This document shows positions 53,721 through 64,000 of a stretch of 64,000 nucleotides of DNA, piece by piece. The stretch spans positions 4,864,001 to 4,928,000 of the forward strand of contig CBDCNP010000002.1 in the NCBI GenBank assembly GCA_965219415.1, written 5' to 3'. Each line of letters starts with the position of its first letter. Within the stretch, counting starts at the first letter, position 1. The notes beneath the pieces are model-generated. The model was not told the DNA's origin. It did not search any database and was given only the letters and a program-made list of their open reading frames with translations. Origin of the DNA: Candidatus Marinacidobacterales bacterium. Lineage in GTDB: Bacteria; Acidobacteriota; Vicinamibacteria; Marinacidobacterales; DATDRI01. The translations under genes and the position numbers were made by a program.

Positions 53721-56700
53721 TCAAGAGACTCCGCCGAAGAGAGCGGGACCGTCAGCGGCGTCGGTGCGCTTGCGGTTGCCACGTTTGAACCTGGACAGGG
53801 GGTTCTGGGCCTCGGATTTGGCGCGGGCGTGGTTTTCGGCGAGCAGGCGCTTGAGCACCTCGCGGTGTGCGGCGAGGCTAATGGTATAGCGGACGCGGTC
53901 GTTCTCGGGGAGGGTCTCGACCTCGTGGAAGTCGTGCTCTAGCTCAAGGTCGTACCAGTCGTACGCATCGCGGACAGCGAGATCAAGCTCAACATGCAGC
54001 CGGCGCAGTTCGAGCAGGGCCTCGTATCCTGCGGCAGCGGTGGCGGCGTCCTTCTTCGAAGCCTTGGCGACCATCTCGGGCGAGAGGTCGCGAGTATGGA
54101 AGAGATTGTAGATCTTGGTCAGGCCGAGCCACAAAGTCTGCATCATCTCCTTGCGGTGCGCGTGGTAACGCTCGCCGAGATCCGCGAGGTTACCGTTGGT
54201 CGTCTGCCAAAGTCCGGCGGGAAAAGCAAACGTGTCGAAGCAGTCAGAGGGCGAATAGCGGAGCCTCGTTTCCAGCGAGCCGCTGTACTTGCGGGCCCAG
54301 ACCTCGTGGAGGGTGGACTGGACCACGGTGAAGAGGTCCCAGCGGTCGGTGGTGAAGACGTAGAGGGCGTCACTAAAGACATAGTCCGTCGGCATCGCCG
54401 AGAAGCTCAGGTGCTTGGTGGTTCGAGCAGCGACGAAGCACACCTTGAGCGAACGAAGATTCTGATAGCACACTTCATTGAATCGATAGTAACGCCACCA
54501 TCGTTCCTTAGCTCTCTCGTTCTTCTGGGCGAGTCTATCGGGCAGGACGTGCGTGCGTAGGTGGTCAACAGCTACGGGCTCATGTGATTCAGCCTCATGC
54601 AATGTTTCATACTGCTCAAGAAAGATGATCTTTCGCTCGGGCATCTGACGAGGCGACGAGTTCACCTCTTTTCCATTCAGTAGGGAACGAATAGCGCCAT
54701 TGGATACACCACGGGTGTAGAGTTCAGCGGATTGATTTTCATCTAGGACGAACCCGTCTCCGAGGTAGATGGTTCCCATAAACATCGCCTCGTAACCCTC
54801 TCGGCACTCTAATGGCTTCCCCGGTTCGTCGTTTTCCTCGAAGAAGGTGTTGATCAGCCCGACCGGCCGGTTGTCGAGCATTCTCGGGCCGCTCCATTCC
54901 CCTTTGTGCAGGGCGAGCAGGGACACGGCGAGGTTCGCCGTACCCGGCCACTTCATGCTGCGAACCGCCATATTGATCTGGGCGCCGGCTGCGACCACCT
55001 GATCCAGACCGTCCTTGCGCACATCGCCATCAACGATGGAGTTGGTGGTGATGATCGCGGTGAAGCCGCCGTCCCGGAGCAGTCCGTGAATGCGGCGAAG
55101 GAAATAGACTACCAGTTCGCTCAGGCCTGTGGGCGCGTATTCCCACTTCATGTACTCACAGAAAGCATGACCATAGGTACCACTGAGCGCCTGCCCGCCC
55201 AGGTACGGTGGGTTCCCCAGGATGCAGTCGAACCCGCCCCGCTCCATGATCTCCGGGAACTCCAGAAACCAATGGAAGAAGCGCCTCTGCTCGCCCAGTG
55301 AACGGGCGGCGTCGGCGCCTCGCCCCTGCGGCGTCAGCTGGCCGCGCCAGTAGCTGCGGAACTCGCCATCGGTGACGAGCTTCGCCTCGTTGCCGGGCAC
55401 CTTTTGGATGTAGAACTGCGCCACAGGGATGTCCGCGATGGTCCGCAAGAGGCCCGCGTGCTCGCCCTGGGCGAAGGTGGCGAAGTGTTCCTTTTTGGTG
55501 TCGATCTGGGCGGGAGTCTTCTCTGGCAGGGTTGAAAGCGACTGCCACTCTTCGAGCACCGCATCGAGGTGGCCACGCAGCTCGGGGGTGAAGTCGAGGG
55601 GCACCTGCATCTGGTGCTTCAGATCCTCCTTGTTCTTCTTACGGTAGGCCGCCGCGACTTGCTTGTCGTCGCGGGGCAGCGTCTTGAAGGCCTCCGTCGG
55701 CACGCCCCGCCCCAGCTCCTCGCGGCGTGCGAAGCCGACGATGGCGTTGCCACACTTGACGTGGTGGTCAAGGAAGTTGAGGGGCTGACCGGGGATGTGC
55801 GCCTCGAGCCACAGGGCCACCTTGCACAGCTCCACCGCCAGCGGGTTCATGTCCACGCCGTAAATGCAGTGGCGGATTGTATCGCGCAAGGCGACACGGT
55901 AGGACGGCGGCGAGGGTTGCTCTTCGCCGGTGCGCACGACCGCCAGCTCGGTGGCGATGCGCCGGGCGGCAGCGAGCAGGATGTGGCCCGAGCCGCAGGC
56001 GATGTCGGCGACCCGCAGGTCGAGGAGGGCGGCCTCGGGGTCATCGGCCTCGCGGCGCTCAGCGATCAGATGGTCGAGCGAGTGCTGGATCAGTGGCTGG
56101 ACGAGGTCGTCGGGCGTATAGTGGGTGCCGGTGGCGGCCCGCTCGTCGCCCCGGCGAAATCTGAAGCGCAGCTCGCACCCTTCACCGGTGAATTCCGGCT
56201 CGTACTCAAGTAGGCCCTCGTAAACCGAGCCGAACTCCTCGACGTTAAGGGCGGCGTAGTTGACGCGGATGAGCTGGTCGCTGTCCGGATGCCGGTAGAG
56301 ACCGAGGGACCGTAGGCAGCGGAGGAGCACGTCGTTGCCGAGGGCGCAGCCGGCGAGCGATGCCACTGCCTTGGCTGAGAAAAGATCGCCTGCCAGGGAC
56401 GCGATGCCGAGCCTAGCACCCGGGCCGTCCGCCTCGAAGAGACGGAAGCATGCCTTGAGCGCGAGCCAGAGGTCGCGGCGGCGCGGGTCGGCGAGATAGC
56501 GTTTCTCCGAGAGACGTCGCAGGCGGGCGACGCTGTAGAAATCGAGGTAGACGTCGCGCTGCACCCTCGGTATGTCGGCCCGGAAGACCAGGTCGCGCTC
56601 CTCGATTACCATCAGGAAGAGCAGGCGGTAAATGAGACGCAGAAGCTGCTGATAGTAATCACCGGCCGACTGCTCGCCGTTGGCAACTGTAGCCCGAAGG

Positions 56701-57488
56701 TCGTCGTTGTCGGGGTGCGAGAGGAAACCGCTGCCGAAGTCGAGGATCGCCTGCTCGACTGCGTTGCTTAGCCCTTCGCGGATGCGGGCGCCCTGGTCGA
56801 GGGAATCCTGATGGTAGCGCTCGATCAGGCTCTCTGCGGCGTTTTCGTTAGTTAGCGGCAGGCGGGTGGCATGGAGCAGCCGATAGAGGATGGCGTAGTC
56901 GGCAAAGAGGCCGTCGACGAAGATGCGGTCGAGATCGAACTCGAGGTAGCTCTGCTTGACCAGCCGTGAGCTGTCGCGGAGCAGCCGCAGCACGTGACCG
57001 TCGGTGACCAGGCCATAGAGCTGATCGTGGAGGTTGAGGAACTCCTGCACCAGCGCATGGGCCGACATACGGCGGGTGGCGTTGGCGGGCTTCTTGTCGA
57101 GGCCGGCCGGGTCTCGGGCTCCGATGATCTGCATGGGGGTGTTCGCCCGGTTGGTGGCGCGATGGCTAATGGCAAAGATCCGTCCATCGAGTTCGGTGCC
57201 GCGGGGCTGATACTCGATGTCGTAGCGGAGCAGCCCCATCAGAGGGACTATCCATAAGTTGCGGGTTTCGGTGGTGGCGTTGCTGCTCTCCTTCACCGTA
57301 TCCAGCTTGCGCTGGAAGATGCGCCAGTAGTCCTGGGCGTCGGCCCAGGAGCGGGCTATCTCGTCCTTTACTTTGGTGCCAGCGTTGAGGTCGAAGTCGG
57401 ACGACCGTTGTCCGGGAAGTTCTTCGATCTGTCCGAGGATGTCGGGCGAGAGGATAGCGCCTTCGATACGGATGCTCGGATAGTTCAC
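53721..57488 (-). CDS. Type IIG/Eco57I-like N6-adenine DNA methyltransferase (DrmMI-like)
   Basis: GTHYTP, VADIACGSGH, YGVDMNPLAVELCK, FHWFLEFPE, GNPPY, LRYSPSDCFDTFAFP. Confidence 0.92.
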   Translation of the reverse strand: MNYPSIRIEGAILSPDILGQIEELPGQRSSDFDLNAGTKVKDEIARSWADAQDYWRIFQRKLDTVKESSNATTETRNLWIVPLMGLLRYDIEYQPRGTELDGRIFAISHRATNRANTPMQIIGARDPAGLDKKPANATRRMSAHALVQEFLNLHDQLYGLVTDGHVLRLLRDSSRLVKQSYLEFDLDRIFVDGLFADYAILYRLLHATRLPLTNENAAESLIERYHQDSLDQGARIREGLSNAVEQAILDFGSGFLSHPDNDDLRATVANGEQSAGDYYQQLLRLIYRLLFLMVIEERDLVFRADIPRVQRDVYLDFYSVARLRRLSEKRYLADPRRRDLWLALKACFRLFEADGPGARLGIASLAGDLFSAKAVASLAGCALGNDVLLRCLRSLGLYRHPDSDQLIRVNYAALNVEEFGSVYEGLLEYEPEFTGEGCELRFRFRRGDERAATGTHYTPDDLVQPLIQHSLDHLIAERREADDPEAALLDLRVADIACGSGHILLAAARRIATELAVVRTGEEQPSPPSYRVALRDTIRHCIYGVDMNPLAVELCKVALWLEAHIPGQPLNFLDHHVKCGNAIVGFARREELGRGVPTEAFKTLPRDDKQVAAAYRKKNKEDLKHQMQVPLDFTPELRGHLDAVLEEWQSLSTLPEKTPAQIDTKKEHFATFAQGEHAGLLRTIADIPVAQFYIQKVPGNEAKLVTDGEFRSYWRGQLTPQGRGADAARSLGEQRRFFHWFLEFPEIMERGGFDCILGNPPYLGGQALSGTYGHAFCEYMKWEYAPTGLSELVVYFLRRIHGLLRDGGFTAIITTNSIVDGDVRKDGLDQVVAAGAQINMAVRSMKWPGTANLAVSLLALHKGEWSGPRMLDNRPVGLINTFFEENDEPGKPLECREGYEAMFMGTIYLGDGFVLDENQSAELYTRGVSNGAIRSLLNGKEVNSSPRQMPERKIIFLEQYETLHEAESHEPVAVDHLRTHVLPDRLAQKNERAKERWWRYYRFNEVCYQNLRSLKVCFVAARTTKHLSFSAMPTDYVFSDALYVFTTDRWDLFTVVQSTLHEVWARKYSGSLETRLRYSPSDCFDTFAFPAGLWQTTNGNLADLGERYHAHRKEMMQTLWLGLTKIYNLFHTRDLSPEMVAKASKKDAATAAAGYEALLELRRLHVELDLAVRDAYDWYDLELEHDFHEVETLPENDRVRYTISLAAHREVLKRLLAENHARAKSEAQNPLSRFKRGNRKRTDAADGPALFGGVS

Positions 57489-60349
57489 GCCGAGACCTCC
57501 GGCAGCAGGATGTACATTCCCATCAGGTCCATGGGCAGGACCGGGTAAACGACTTGGTAACGCTGCTTGTCCATCAGCGCACTGAAGCGTTCGTGGGCAG
57601 CGACGAGGCGTTTGGACTGCTCCTCTGCCAGTTCGTTGAATGCCTTATCCAGCCGACCGAGGAGGCCCAGTTCGTTCTCAAGGAAACTCGCCCGAGCTTC
57701 CGGACTGAGGTTGCTGCTCGCCCAGGCCTCGCGCAGCAACGTCCGCGCCAGACTGTGGTCGAGGTGCTGCCGGTCGTCGGGGGTGCCCCGCCAACCCCAG
57801 AGGAGCATCTCCTCCGCGACGATCTGGTGGCCTCCCTTGCGCTGCTCGATGACGTTGCGGCAGCGGAAGAGGAGCAGCGTGGTCTTGATCTCGACCCGCT
57901 TGGTGCGGATGACGGCGGCGCGGGCCGCACGCTTTCCCTCGCGGGCGACGGTATTAGCCATGACCAGCTGGCAGAGTTGCTCGACAAAACGGTGATTTCT
58001 ACCGAGGTAGTGATAGCCCTCTGGCGTGGGGGAATCGAAGCTAACCTTAACGAGCTGGCCCTCGGGCAGAAGGCTACCGAGCTGGGGCGGCAGGTTGCCG
58101 GTGACAATGCCAAAGCCCTTTTTCTCGGTGGTGACCTGAACGCCGAATAGGTCGGTAAGCGCGCCGGTCACGAAGTCCTTCACCGCACCTGGATCGCCGA
58201 TAGCCTCGTCCAAAACGCAAAGGTCCTCCTCGATTTCCTCTGCCTTGATGGTGTTCTGCGCGAAGATGCTGCGGGAGGCCTTCTCGCGCTCGGCGGCGTC
58301 GTCGATCTTGCGCGTGATACTCTTCTTGGCCTCGGCGGCCTCGTCGACGTCGCTGAAATCGAAGAGCGTGCCCTGTTGTAGCGATTGGCGCGTTTGGATG
58401 CGGCGATCGGGGTTCAGGAGCAGCGACTGGGTGATGGTGTCGATGATGCTCTGCGAGTCCTCTGGAAAAGGCACGTTGATACCGGTGGTCCGCTTGATCT
58501 CACGCACCTTGCGCAGCAACACGTCGAGCACGATGCCGTCGATGGGGTTATCGGCGCCGTAGAGGAGGCAGGCTTTGACCTCGGGCGCCTGCTGACCGAA
58601 TCGGTCGACGCGCCCCTCTCGCTGCTCGAGACGGTTCGGGTTCCAGGGCAGGTCGTAGTGGAGAACAGCGGTAAACAGGTCCTGCAGGTTGATCCCTTCG
58701 CTCAGGCAGTCGGTGGCGATTAGGATGCGCGGTCGGTCACCGGCCATCCCCTCGATGCGCTGTTTGCGCAGGTCGTCCGGGTCTTCACTGGTGACGACCT
58801 GCAGGTCCAAACGCGGAATCTTCGCCGTCAGTAGCGGGGATAGATGCTCGCCCATATAGTTGGCAGTCTCGATGTAGCGGCAGAACACCACGGGGTTGAA
58901 GCCACTCGAAATCCAGTCCTCGAGCACGATGGACGCAGCGTAAAGCTTCTGGTCGTTGTCGGTTCCGGAGAAAGCTTCGAGCCGCTCGGAGAAACTCCGC
59001 AGCTGTCGGCGTTGGTGATCGGTCCAGTCTCCTTGCTGCATGACCTGGGTCGGCGCGATGTCGGTCTCCACACCGAACTCCATGTCGCCGACCGGATTGA
59101 GGGCAAGGTGGCCTTCGTCGGTCGTAGCGTCATCGGTCTCCATCTCCACCAACTTGTCAAGGCGGGTGGCGAGCATCTTCACTCCGGCGCCTGGGCTGGA
59201 CATAACGCCGCGAAGCAGGCCGAGCGCCGTCCAGTAGTGGACGCGTTTCTTCTTCTGCCCAGAATGTCCGGACGCAACCAGCTTGCGGGCGAAATCCAAC
59301 ACGTCGTTGAAGAACTCGGCGTAGGCTGGCGACAGGTCGTAGTTCCACTCGATGGTGTCCCGGTCGGGGAAGGGTGTGTCCTCCCCCATCCACTTCTCCA
59401 CGTCGGCTCGCTTGCGCTGGACGAAATGCCTGGCCAGGGTGCGGCGCTCGGCCTGGCTGGAGCTCGGCAGGTCGAGCGTCTCGAAGCCGGTTTTGAGCAA
59501 GCCCAGCAGGGAATGGAACTCTTCCGGCTTGCCACTGTGGGGCGTTGCCGTGAGCATGACCAGATGCTGCTCGGGCTTGTCCGCAAGGTCGCGCAACAGA
59601 TGGTGACGCTGCTGCTGCGCCTTGGAGGCGCCGGCAGGGCGTGTGCACGTGTGCGCCTCGTCGACGATGACCAGTCCCGGGCACTGTTCGACGAACACCG
59701 CGCGGCGGCTGTCCGCCTTGATGTAGTCGATGCTGATGATCTGGTATGGGTAGTAATCGTAGACGCTCGTGTCTCCCTGGATCATCCGGTCCAGTCTCGC
59801 CTGGGTGTTGGAACGGATGATGACTGCCTCGATGCCGAGCTTAGCGCGGAGCTCCAACTGCCACTGGTCACAGAGGTGTGGCAGGCAGATCACGGCGAAG
59901 CGCTTCACTTGAGCGCGCTCCATCATCTCTCGAACGATAAGCAGTGCTTCCACGGTTTTGCCTACGCCAACATCGTCGGCGATCAGCAGCCGGACGATGT
60001 CCTGCCGCAGGGCCATCACCAGCGGCACGATCTGGTAGGCACGCGGGCGGAACGAAAGCTTGGCTAGGGCCCGGAACGGTCCGGCCCCATTGCGGAAGGC
60101 TAGGCGGGCGGCATCGTAGAGAAGGCGGGCTGTCGAGATGTCGCCAAGATCCTCGGCGACGGGAGACGCGAAGCGGGCATCTTGTGGGATGTCTTCCGGA
60201 ATTTCGAAAGGAAGGTAGATTCCGGTAGTCTCGTCGTCGGAGCCGCCGAGCGGTTTGACCACGACCACGTCGAGGGTGTCCGACGGCAGCACGACCCAGT
60301 CGCGACCGCGCAAGGAGACGAGCTTACCCGGTTGCAAAGACGTACTCAT
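57485..60349 (-). CDS. SNF2-family helicase (DrmD-like)
   Basis: LLIADDVGVGKT, VDEAH, LTATPH, SEGINLQ, DLPWNPNRLEQREGRVDR. Confidence 0.92.
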   Translation of the reverse strand: MSTSLQPGKLVSLRGRDWVVLPSDTLDVVVVKPLGGSDDETTGIYLPFEIPEDIPQDARFASPVAEDLGDISTARLLYDAARLAFRNGAGPFRALAKLSFRPRAYQIVPLVMALRQDIVRLLIADDVGVGKTVEALLIVREMMERAQVKRFAVICLPHLCDQWQLELRAKLGIEAVIIRSNTQARLDRMIQGDTSVYDYYPYQIISIDYIKADSRRAVFVEQCPGLVIVDEAHTCTRPAGASKAQQQRHHLLRDLADKPEQHLVMLTATPHSGKPEEFHSLLGLLKTGFETLDLPSSSQAERRTLARHFVQRKRADVEKWMGEDTPFPDRDTIEWNYDLSPAYAEFFNDVLDFARKLVASGHSGQKKKRVHYWTALGLLRGVMSSPGAGVKMLATRLDKLVEMETDDATTDEGHLALNPVGDMEFGVETDIAPTQVMQQGDWTDHQRRQLRSFSERLEAFSGTDNDQKLYAASIVLEDWISSGFNPVVFCRYIETANYMGEHLSPLLTAKIPRLDLQVVTSEDPDDLRKQRIEGMAGDRPRILIATDCLSEGINLQDLFTAVLHYDLPWNPNRLEQREGRVDRFGQQAPEVKACLLYGADNPIDGIVLDVLLRKVREIKRTTGINVPFPEDSQSIIDTITQSLLLNPDRRIQTRQSLQQGTLFDFSDVDEAAEAKKSITRKIDDAAEREKASRSIFAQNTIKAEEIEEDLCVLDEAIGDPGAVKDFVTGALTDLFGVQVTTEKKGFGIVTGNLPPQLGSLLPEGQLVKVSFDSPTPEGYHYLGRNHRFVEQLCQLVMANTVAREGKRAARAAVIRTKRVEIKTTLLLFRCRNVIEQRKGGHQIVAEEMLLWGWRGTPDDRQHLDHSLARTLLREAWASSNLSPEARASFLENELGLLGRLDKAFNELAEEQSKRLVAAHERFSALMDKQRYQVVYPVLPMDLMGMYILLPEVSA

Positions 60350-63300
60350 CGAACCTTCCTGAAGATGTCGGGACGTTGGGCAATCTTGGCACCGAGGTCC
60401 TCGCGGTACTGCCAGGACCAGACCTCGTCGCCACGAGCAATGATCAGCTGCCGCTGTTCTTCATCGCGCTTGCGCACCTGCAGCTCGTCGTGGGGCGATC
60501 CGTCGCAGAAGACCCAGATCCGTGGCTCGTAGTAGAAGTCCGGCTGGCAGTAGATGCCCGGCACGCGCTTCTGGACGGCGTCGGGCAACCGAAGTCCGTT
60601 CCGGTAAAGGTGCTCGATGAACGCGCGCTCGGTCGACGAGTTGGGATCGATGTGGCGGAGCATGTGCTGGTACTGTTCCTCGTAGTCCTTGAAAGTAGGG
60701 CTTGCGTGGATCTCGATGTCGGCCAGCCCGAGTTTGCCTAGCGCATCACGGATCAGGAATCGGTCGAGCCGTTGGTGGTCACGCTGATTGTAGTAACTCA
60801 TGAGGTCGTCGTAAGACGCCGGTGCTTTGTATTTGTCATCGTCGAACCGGCAGACCTGCTCGGCCGTCTCGATGACCTTTCGGAAGGTCTCCATGTCCTC
60901 GACGAACTGGGAGAGAATCCCCAGGCTCCCCTCGGCCGCCTCGTAGAGGAGAATGTTGGGGCACTCGGGATCGCCGATAGTGCTCACGCCGATCTCGCTC
61001 GGTTCGACCTGGAACACGGATTCGATTGCACGCTTCAGGGCGTGTTGCAAAGTGATGACGCCATCGGGTTCCAGGCCTAGGGCCTGGATAGGCTCGATGT
61101 AGAGCGCGTCGGCGAGGTTGGATGTCCAGAGCTTGATGATGCGGTATTCCTCGCGTGCATCGGGATCCGGTTCCGGCATCGAGCTGCGCCAGTTGCCCGA
61201 GGTCATCCCTATCGGAAAGCCATCGGTCTTCTGGGATCGCCAGCCCTTGTTCAGGCTGACGAGGCGCGCTGCGGGAATGAAGCGAAGATTGAGCAGGTGG
61301 CTGTCGCCTGACCGCGCCACGGCCGAGCGAATGCTCGCGAAATTTCCGCCGTCGACATGGAAGAACGATTCGATTTGGTAGCCGCGAGAGATGCGTTCCT
61401 CCTCCTCGCAGGTGATACGGGCTGTTTCTTCGCCCCGCGACTCGGTCATTTCGAGCAGGTCGTGCAGATGCTCCTTGTTGGCGTTGTCGCTCAGATCGAG
61501 GCCGGAGAACGGGCAGACTTCCAGATCTCTCTGGTCGCCCGTCAGGAAGTAACCGGCCCGCTTGCTGATCTTCGCTTCCGTAAGCGACGACTCCGCGTCC
61601 TGGATAACCAACTGCGAGACCCGGTGTTTGCGTCCGTTGTGGTAGATGACGTTGCGTGGGCCGAATTCGCGCAGGGCGATGGAGCGCGGGCGCGATATGT
61701 ACTCGCCTGCGGTGCTGCCGGTGGGTACGAAGATCCGCAGTGGCAGACGTGTGAAGTTGTAGCCCGGGAGGAAGCCTTCGGCGGCCAGGTAGCGGTAGGG
61801 GTAGAACTCGCTGAGCTCCGTGGAGCCACCATGGTCGTCGTTTCGTAGCAGGTTGAGCTGTCGGTTGGCCTGATCCTGCTGCCGCTTGTATCTTCTGTAG
61901 TCGTCGCTTCCCACCTTGAGACGGCCCGACTCGATTGGCTGCGTAGCGCGGGTCAGGAGCGCTCGGGCGGACTGGTATATCTTACGCCAGCGGTCCATGG
62001 CGCTGTCGAGGTGCTCCGCGAGGCTGCTCAGGTTCTGGTCGACCCAGTCGTCCGTGTACCAGGCGTTGGATGTCCCCTGCAGTTCCTCGGCGAAGTCGGC
62101 GATCACGCGCCGGAAGGTCTCCTTAATGGAATGAAAGGTCGTCGGACCGATCTCCAGCCCTTCGACGACGCCGGGAGAAAGAGGCATCGCCGGGTCGCCG
62201 TCCGCGATAAGCCGCATCAGGGACGGCTGTTGGCCGTCTCCGGCTTCCAGCCCAGGCAGGCCGATGGCGCTGATGGCGAGGGCATGAAGGTGCGTGACCA
62301 GCAACTCGCGGTTGCATAGGTCGATGCGCGGCGACTGGACGGCCCCAGCCACCAATTCAGCCTGGTCCTGAAAATAGTGACGGTCGTGGGCGGAGAATCC
62401 CGAGCAGTAGGTGAAGACGAGAGCCCCCTGGCCGCTTCGACCCGCCCGGCCTGAGCGCTGCACGTAGTTGGCCGCGTTAGGGGGTGCGTTTCGCATGTGA
62501 ACGACGCTTAGACCTCCGATGTCTACCCCAAGCTCCATGGTGGGCGAGCAGAACAGGGCGCTGATCGACTCGCTGCGAATCCGGCTTTCGTCGAGGACCT
62601 TTCTGGACTCGTCGAGATACCAGTCCGCCCGGAAGCGATTCTCTCGGTCCTGTCGTGTGGCCACACCAAGCTGCGCGGTGTGGTCCCCTGCGGCCAACCG
62701 CTTGCTCTCAGAAAAGTCCCGCCGATAGATCTCGCGAAAGAAGGCGTTTGGGGTCGGCTTCTGGTCCTTGTATGAGCGCCGCTTGATCGGGTCCGACCTG
62801 ACAGTCTCGCCGTCGCCGAGTTTCCACAGGATCTTCTCGATGCGAAGACGGAATACCGGAACCTCTTCATTGTTCGCGTTCTTGGCGGTTTCCTCGAAGA
62901 GGTAGTCGGCGTCCTTCAACTTGCGCATCAGCCGCAGGATGAAATTACGGTAGTGGTTGCCCCGAAGAACATTCAGATCGACTCCGGCCTGCTGCGCAAC
63001 GTGCTTGATGTACTTCCCGAGCGAGCTCGCCTGACCCATGCTCTTGTTGGAGAGGCGTACCCTTCGATGCAAGGGATCGAGGCGAATGACGGACGGTGCC
63101 GCCAGTTCCTCGTCCGGGTCGAGCGTCCACGGCGCCTTCAGTTGTTCGCGAAAGCGTTTCTCGAACTCCTTGAGCCGGCTCGGAACCAGGTAGTTCTCGC
63201 TGTGGATGGCGTACTCGAGGCGGAAGTAGTCGAGGACGGTGGCCAAGAACTCGCGGCGTTCGGGATATGCGAGGGTGTTTGCTATCTCGAGGTCTGCCCA

Positions 63301-64000
63301 GAATCCGTCCTCGGCAGTGATCTCGTCCAGGTCCAGGTAGTCGATGTCCAAAAGGGCACACTGTTCCAAGTTGGGAAGAACAATGCGCCAGCTGCGACGG
63401 AGGTCAGCAAGAGCGCGGAAGAGCAGGTAATCCTGGAGTGCCTCTTCGTATTTTCTCTTGACCGGAGCTAGTTCCGGCTCTGCGTCGCGGTTGCCGTAAT
63501 CGCGGAAGGGCAGTGACAGCGACTTGAAGATCGCCTCGCCTAGTAATGCATAGTCGAGTATGCCGCCTGTTGCAGTCTTGAGCGCTTGCCGAATCCCGGC
63601 GCGCAGGCGAACCACTTGGACGAAGTCATTGAAGTGACCGGCCTGCAGCGCTGCATCTTGCCGATTGTCGGTGAAGCTCAGGAGCTTCTGGTCGCGCGGG
63701 GAATGCCCACCGTCCCGCAGGCGGTTGAGAATCGAAAAGGCCGTGATGGTCGTCGAGGTGCTTCGTCCCTCGTTTCCAAGGCGCGTGAGCTTCGTGCCCT
63801 CGTTCGTCTTGGCGTCATAGAAAACACCTCCTGTGGGATCGAAGAGAAGGGGAGCCTGCATGAACCAGCCCCAGTAGCTCATCGGTTCCGTCTCTGAGCA
63901 GTTTCCGTATTCGTCGAAGTACAACTTCCGAGGGAAGTGCGCGCGCTTCTTCGAGTCCGGCACCTTTTCTCCGCTCGCGCGGGTCCGCACCCAGGCTTCC
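60346..64000 (-). CDS. Large DEAD/DEAH helicase with a DUF1998-like C-terminal region; 5' end beyond the window
   Basis: FTDNRQDAA, SPTMELGVDIG, PPNAANYVQRSGRAGR, GFLPGYNF, LYEAAEGSLG, C-terminal PDFYY..FCDG nuclease-like tail. Confidence 0.9.
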   Translation of the reverse strand, partial: EAWVRTRASGEKVPDSKKRAHFPRKLYFDEYGNCSETEPMSYWGWFMQAPLLFDPTGGVFYDAKTNEGTKLTRLGNEGRSTSTTITAFSILNRLRDGGHSPRDQKLLSFTDNRQDAALQAGHFNDFVQVVRLRAGIRQALKTATGGILDYALLGEAIFKSLSLPFRDYGNRDAEPELAPVKRKYEEALQDYLLFRALADLRRSWRIVLPNLEQCALLDIDYLDLDEITAEDGFWADLEIANTLAYPERREFLATVLDYFRLEYAIHSENYLVPSRLKEFEKRFREQLKAPWTLDPDEELAAPSVIRLDPLHRRVRLSNKSMGQASSLGKYIKHVAQQAGVDLNVLRGNHYRNFILRLMRKLKDADYLFEETAKNANNEEVPVFRLRIEKILWKLGDGETVRSDPIKRRSYKDQKPTPNAFFREIYRRDFSESKRLAAGDHTAQLGVATRQDRENRFRADWYLDESRKVLDESRIRSESISALFCSPTMELGVDIGGLSVVHMRNAPPNAANYVQRSGRAGRSGQGALVFTYCSGFSAHDRHYFQDQAELVAGAVQSPRIDLCNRELLVTHLHALAISAIGLPGLEAGDGQQPSLMRLIADGDPAMPLSPGVVEGLEIGPTTFHSIKETFRRVIADFAEELQGTSNAWYTDDWVDQNLSSLAEHLDSAMDRWRKIYQSARALLTRATQPIESGRLKVGSDDYRRYKRQQDQANRQLNLLRNDDHGGSTELSEFYPYRYLAAEGFLPGYNFTRLPLRIFVPTGSTAGEYISRPRSIALREFGPRNVIYHNGRKHRVSQLVIQDAESSLTEAKISKRAGYFLTGDQRDLEVCPFSGLDLSDNANKEHLHDLLEMTESRGEETARITCEEEERISRGYQIESFFHVDGGNFASIRSAVARSGDSHLLNLRFIPAARLVSLNKGWRSQKTDGFPIGMTSGNWRSSMPEPDPDAREEYRIIKLWTSNLADALYIEPIQALGLEPDGVITLQHALKRAIESVFQVEPSEIGVSTIGDPECPNILLYEAAEGSLGILSQFVEDMETFRKVIETAEQVCRFDDDKYKAPASYDDLMSYYNQRDHQRLDRFLIRDALGKLGLADIEIHASPTFKDYEEQYQHMLRHIDPNSSTERAFIEHLYRNGLRLPDAVQKRVPGIYCQPDFYYEPRIWVFCDGSPHDELQVRKRDEEQRQLIIARGDEVWSWQYREDLGAKIAQRPDIFRKVR

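Overview
GC-rich bacterial accessory region with no rRNA, tRNA or core operon. Bases 1-53,700 are a mosaic of unrelated cargo segments of about 0.1-4.5 kb, many cut mid-gene. Cargo includes a TonB receptor, S9 peptidase, PQQ dehydrogenase, SRAP, HNH, MmeI-like RM enzyme, DpnII/MboI-type nuclease and a CRISPR fragment. Most junctions fall at a transposon terminus or a short non-autonomous element (MITE). Element families: (i) single-ORF integrase-core (rve/DDE, IS481-like) elements and their 46-178 bp MITEs, with TGT..ACA or CGT..ACG ends; (ii) IS1-family elements and a ~166 bp IS1-type MITE; (iii) two near-identical IS3 copies plus a degraded IS3-family element; (iv) an IS5/IS903-like element; (v) an IS110/IS1111 element inserted twice into the IS1 terminal repeat. 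The best-supported observation is that the IS1111 3' non-coding region contains all four predicted bridge-RNA guide segments. They match the IS1 terminal-repeat target (an empty copy is at ~49,531) and the element's own circle junction. Defence-type cargo is enriched: a DUF6978/DUF1828-like pair, a three-gene Phd-unknown-VapC operon, a HEPN-like protein, an orphan type I-G-like CRISPR fragment, and a DISARM-like helicase-SNF2-methyltransferase operon at 53.7-64 kb. Family names come from motif recognition by eye, not database searches. A chimeric assembly joined through repeats cannot be excluded from sequence alone.
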